A stretch of DNA of 62,964 nucleotides, counting the filler, from Nemertoderma westbladi (lineage: Eukaryota; Animalia; Xenacoelomorpha), in the NCBI GenBank assembly GCA_032718475.1. It is 3 parts of 3 records of this genome, joined end to end, with 100 filler letters (N's around TTAATTAATTAA, not from the genome) between each part and the next. Parts side by side here need not be neighbours in the genome. Positions count along the whole stretch, not along the records: positions 46,017 to 62,964 come from JAUCBJ010006288.1; 2 more parts are not named here. One strand, given 5' to 3'. The first letter of the stretch is position 1, and each line of letters starts with the position of its first letter. Of this stretch, positions 59,318 through 62,964 are shown one piece after another. The notes under the pieces were generated by a model that was not told where the DNA came from, searched no databases, and worked only from the letters and a program-made list of their open reading frames with translations. Position numbers and translations under genes: made by a program.

Positions 59318-60403
59318 ATGGCAAAATGGGGAGAAGGAGACCCCAGATGGATAGTCGAAGAGCGAGAAGACGCGAGGAACGTTAATAACTGGCATTGGAC
59401 AGAGAAGGATGCGACGCAATGGTCAATCACGGCCATCAAAGAAGCCCTAAATAACATGTGTATAATTAATGATGACGCAACCACTGCTATAGATGTAACT
59501 AAAGTTGAAGTAGCTGGGGAATCTTCTCTGAGTAACCGTAAAGGTAAACTAATTGTATTTTACGAATGGCAGATTGATTTGGAGTGGAGTGGGTCTGACG
59601 TCACTCGGGAACTATCAGCGTCTGGGAAGGCGGAAGTCCTTAACTTTAGCGACGAATACGGAGTGGAAGATCTCGATATGTCGGTAACAACCGACGTCAA
59701 CAACAAGATGTCGGCAGACTTCAGGGGCATCGTGCTAACTAAGGGCCTCGAATTAATACGGGGCAGACTGGCCAACTACCTCAATACGTTAAGGACTGAA
59801 TACGCGAATGGGTTGATCTTACCGAGTGGGGGAAGTCAGGGGGTGTCGGTGGGGAGCCAAGGGGTATCGGGGGGAAGCCAAGGGGGGTCGGGGGGGAGCC
59901 AAGGGGGATCGGGGGGGAGCCAAGGGGTATCGGGGATATCACCCTCGACCAAGGATAGACCGACCCCCACAGCCCCCCAGACGACCGCCACAGCCCCCCA
60001 GACCAGCACTATCGACCTCGACTTCACCTTCCAGTGCTCCCCTGAGGACCTCTACCTCGTCTTCACCGACCCCTCCCGACTCGCCGCTCTCTGTGCCGGC
60101 CCGGTCGACTGCGACCCGGTTCCCGGGGGCTCCTTCCGTCTCTTCGACGGCTCTGTCACCGGGACATTCCTCGCCCTGGACCCCGTCAACCGCTGCCTCG
60201 ATCTCCGTTGGCGACTCGCCAATTGGGGCCAGGATTCCCGCGTCCAACTGGCCATGTCGCCGCAGAGCGACGGGGTTTGTCTTCGAGTTCTCCAGTCCGG
60301 GATACCGTTAGAGGAACGGGATCGCGCTGAACAGGGTTGGCACCAAATGTACTTCCAGCGGATTATCAGGACTTTTGGCTACGGGTCTGCAAACCCATAC
60401 TGA
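59318..60403 (+). CDS. AHSA1: Activator of Hsp90 ATPase 1, intronless, 361 aa; nested antisense in a BIRC6 intron
   Basis: MAKWGEGDPRWIVEER, NVNNWHW, NRKGKLIVFYEW, C-terminal START-like domain (GGSFRLFDGSVTG...GW...YF..I..TFGYG). Confidence 0.96.
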   Translation: MAKWGEGDPRWIVEEREDARNVNNWHWTEKDATQWSITAIKEALNNMCIINDDATTAIDVTKVEVAGESSLSNRKGKLIVFYEWQIDLEWSGSDVTRELSASGKAEVLNFSDEYGVEDLDMSVTTDVNNKMSADFRGIVLTKGLELIRGRLANYLNTLRTEYANGLILPSGGSQGVSVGSQGVSGGSQGGSGGSQGGSGGSQGVSGISPSTKDRPTPTAPQTTATAPQTSTIDLDFTFQCSPEDLYLVFTDPSRLAALCAGPVDCDPVPGGSFRLFDGSVTGTFLALDPVNRCLDLRWRLANWGQDSRVQLAMSPQSDGVCLRVLQSGIPLEERDRAEQGWHQMYFQRIIRTFGYGSANPY

Positions 60404-62105
60404 GACTTTTAGACTAAGTTTATCTATGCTACAGTATGTGATTCAACAGAAACAATCGAAGTGTTTTGTTTGGCAATATAAACTTCACTAAAAAACAATT
60501 TATTATAATATTTTTGTGCAAAATTGATTCTAAATATAATCTTGCAAATGAAGAACTAACTGCATTAATGAGTTTCTGTTAACAAACAACGACAATAGAC
60601 AGAACAAGCTCGAGTTTTATATTGCCGAGTATATAATAATTACGTAATAATAGACATTTAGCATTACAAGTGAAAAAACACCTGTGCATAAGGGGAAGGT
60701 GACATGTATCGAGTGATCTGTTGTTACCTTATCCAATTATTGTTTATACCAAACAATTTTTTCGCCCACCAATCCTATTTTAAAAAGTAGATTATATTAA
60801 ATCTAATTTAATTATTCGGCATTTAAAGTTAAAATAATTACACAATAAACAATATTGTTCCCAAATGTTCCCAAAACATCAGACACCTACAACTGCTTTA
60901 TCTGAATCTCTTCAGTAAACACGAGAAACAAGTGATTCCTGCATAGTGGTGTTGAAGTGGTTCGGTGTCTTGGCTCTTGTGTTCGGAAATACGGGTGAAT
61001 TCCGACTCATTTAAGGTTAGATGAAACCAAATAATGTGACCAAGATTCACACTCAAAGATTATGCTAGTCGCGGGGTGCAGTCACAATCACAATTACTTG
61101 CCAAAAGTCACAATCAATCCCGCAAACTTACACGACCACTTAGAAGAAACACAATAATTAATTGATAATCATATTGCTCAGTCTATCACAATGGGTGATC
61201 TTCCACTGTAAACCCAACAACTCAAAAAGGTAATTACTTTAATAAAAGATGGAACATTTAGACTCCATGGCTGTCTTATCTTTTATTGATAGACAATACA
61301 TATAGCTTTGACAAGTGATTTAGTGGAAAAGTAACTTTTCTATTTTTGGCTAATAATTGGGCACGTGCTATATTGGTTGGGAATGTGGCAAACGTGAATT
61401 CTATTGGGCAACTAACTCACAGGGCGAGTGACCTATTGGGCATGTGGTATAGTTAAACCTCGAGGCATGACTCACACATGAATAAATGGACCAATGGCGT
61501 GAATGTAAAAAACATCAAATGGTTTCTCCGCTATACCAGACATCATTGATGGATTTGTAAACAATGCGAGACCCATTAAATGGGTGTTATCATTATTTAA
61601 ACCTAGATAGATGTGGAAAAGTTTAGGTAATGATTTGCCAATGAAGTACTGATTTATTTTCAAGCGGATTTCGTATTTTTTTACATTTTATTTTAGTATT
61701 ATTAATTAATTATACCAAGGAGTAAAAGCTAATACCTACGCCTACCTACACCAGCCTGCCGGTAAGCTTATATTAACTGTTGACTCTCAATTACATTGGG
61801 TTTCCTATAATAATCCTAACCCCCCTGTTATCGTTCATATACGTAAAAGGAGCAGGTTACACTTACAGTGATAGTGCTTCCTAACCAAAACAATAAACAA
61901 AACTAGATTTATTAATTAACGGAAAGGAGCAGGTTACAGTGGCAGGCTTTTCTAACCAAAAGAATAAACGATAACTCCTCCCGTTTATTGCTTTGGTTCC
62001 TTTCACCCGTCTCTGTAACCAGCTTCTTTACTAACCTGCCTACAGCCACTACAGTAGGAGTGTAGGCTACTGACTACTAGAGTATAGGTGACCGAGGTGA
62101 CTAAC

Positions 62106-62231
62106 CTGAACCAGGGAACGCATATATTACATCGATCCTCATACGACTTGGGATATTGTGAGGCGTTAGTGAATGCAGTCGTGCCAAAAACACAAATCTG
62201 TGACAGTCCCAATGTTGAACTGTCATGCGGT
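62106..62231 (-). CDS. BIRC6: BIRC6 internal exon (126 nt)
   Basis: (R)PHDSSTLGLSQICVFGTTAF, cf. RPRDASTLGLSQIKLLGLTAF. Phase 2-2. Confidence 0.87.
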
Positions 62232-62377
62232 CTGAAAAACAATAAGTGGTCATTTTCCAAGGCTGTCGAATTCAAATTACTTTGTCCAAACAGTTACGCT
62301 ATATATATAGCCCGAACAGAGCAGAACCAAAATTTGTTTTACAACTCCTGTAAAGGATTTTTAACTAATAAACAAAC

Positions 62378-62556
62378 CGATATAAACGGATAATCAAGGA
62401 GTTAGTTGGTTTCGGATCTTGGAAGTTTATCTTTATATGATTGACCCCACTGGTGATCTGAGGCCCGGCCCAGGGTGTGTGGAATTTACCGATGTCACTT
62501 GTCTCCACAGCAACAGCACTCGGGCATTGAGCCATGGAGACGAGATGTGGGTGAAC
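62378..62556 (-). CDS. BIRC6: BIRC6 internal exon (179 nt; missed by ORF track)
   Basis: VHPHLVSMAQCPSAVAVETS...ITSGVNHIKI...IRLYR, cf. IQPHLASLATCPSSVSVEVS...VTSGLTYIKI. AG/GT boundaries. Confidence 0.87.
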
Positions 62557-62964
62557 CTGGAATGAGAAATATCATCTTTAGCGATACAAAAGTATTAGTC
62601 GAGAGAGGTGGGTGTGAATTAGGGTTGCACGGGATCCCGATCCCGGTGGAAAAATATCGGGATTTGCTATATCTGAATTTATATGCCCCTGCAGCTTAAT
62701 ATTTGTAAAATTGTATAAAATGGTACAATTTTTGCCCATAACTAAAACAAAATTTTTTGTCAAAAACTATAATAATGAATAATCAAGTAAAAAGTAGGCC
62801 TCTAGGTAGCCTAACAGTTTTGCTTTTACAACTACCTAGAGTGCTACAGATATATATACGAATGTCTTTATTTAAATAATATAAACATATGTTGCTATGG
62901 GGGGCGTTCATAAAGTATATTAAATGTAAATAACCAACATTATTGACTTTGGGGTTTTCCTGCA

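Noticed and set aside
61472-61663. Possible extra BIRC6 exon
   Set aside because: Phase is incompatible, and the flanking exons already join collinearly (WFR/LLYHCL).

Overview
This is AT-rich, repeat-dense animal (invertebrate-like) nuclear DNA, not prokaryotic. Three contigs are joined by two 100-nt N-gaps, each carrying a TTAATTAATTAA linker. Host genes I can reconstruct by hand: lunapark (2 coding exons, minus), POLR1D/RPAC2 (intronless, minus), huntingtin (only 2 coding exons, ~2803 aa, N17 kept, no polyQ, minus), five internal exons of BIRC6/Bruce (minus) and AHA1 (intronless, plus). Two BIRC6 introns carry antisense passengers: AHA1 in one, and a CRE-type retrotransposon fragment plus an intact 477-aa orphan ORF with three PH-like segments in another. 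DNA transposons with readable TIRs/TSDs include a deleted P-element (~220-bp TIRs, 8-bp TSD), Sola1 elements, and hAT, Harbinger, Tc1/mariner-like and Mutator-like MITEs. There are several satellites, including an 8.6-kb G-rich array with higher-order structure. All family assignments come from remembered motifs; no searches were run. The orphan nested gene is the best candidate for something undescribed, but I cannot claim a new system from sequence alone.
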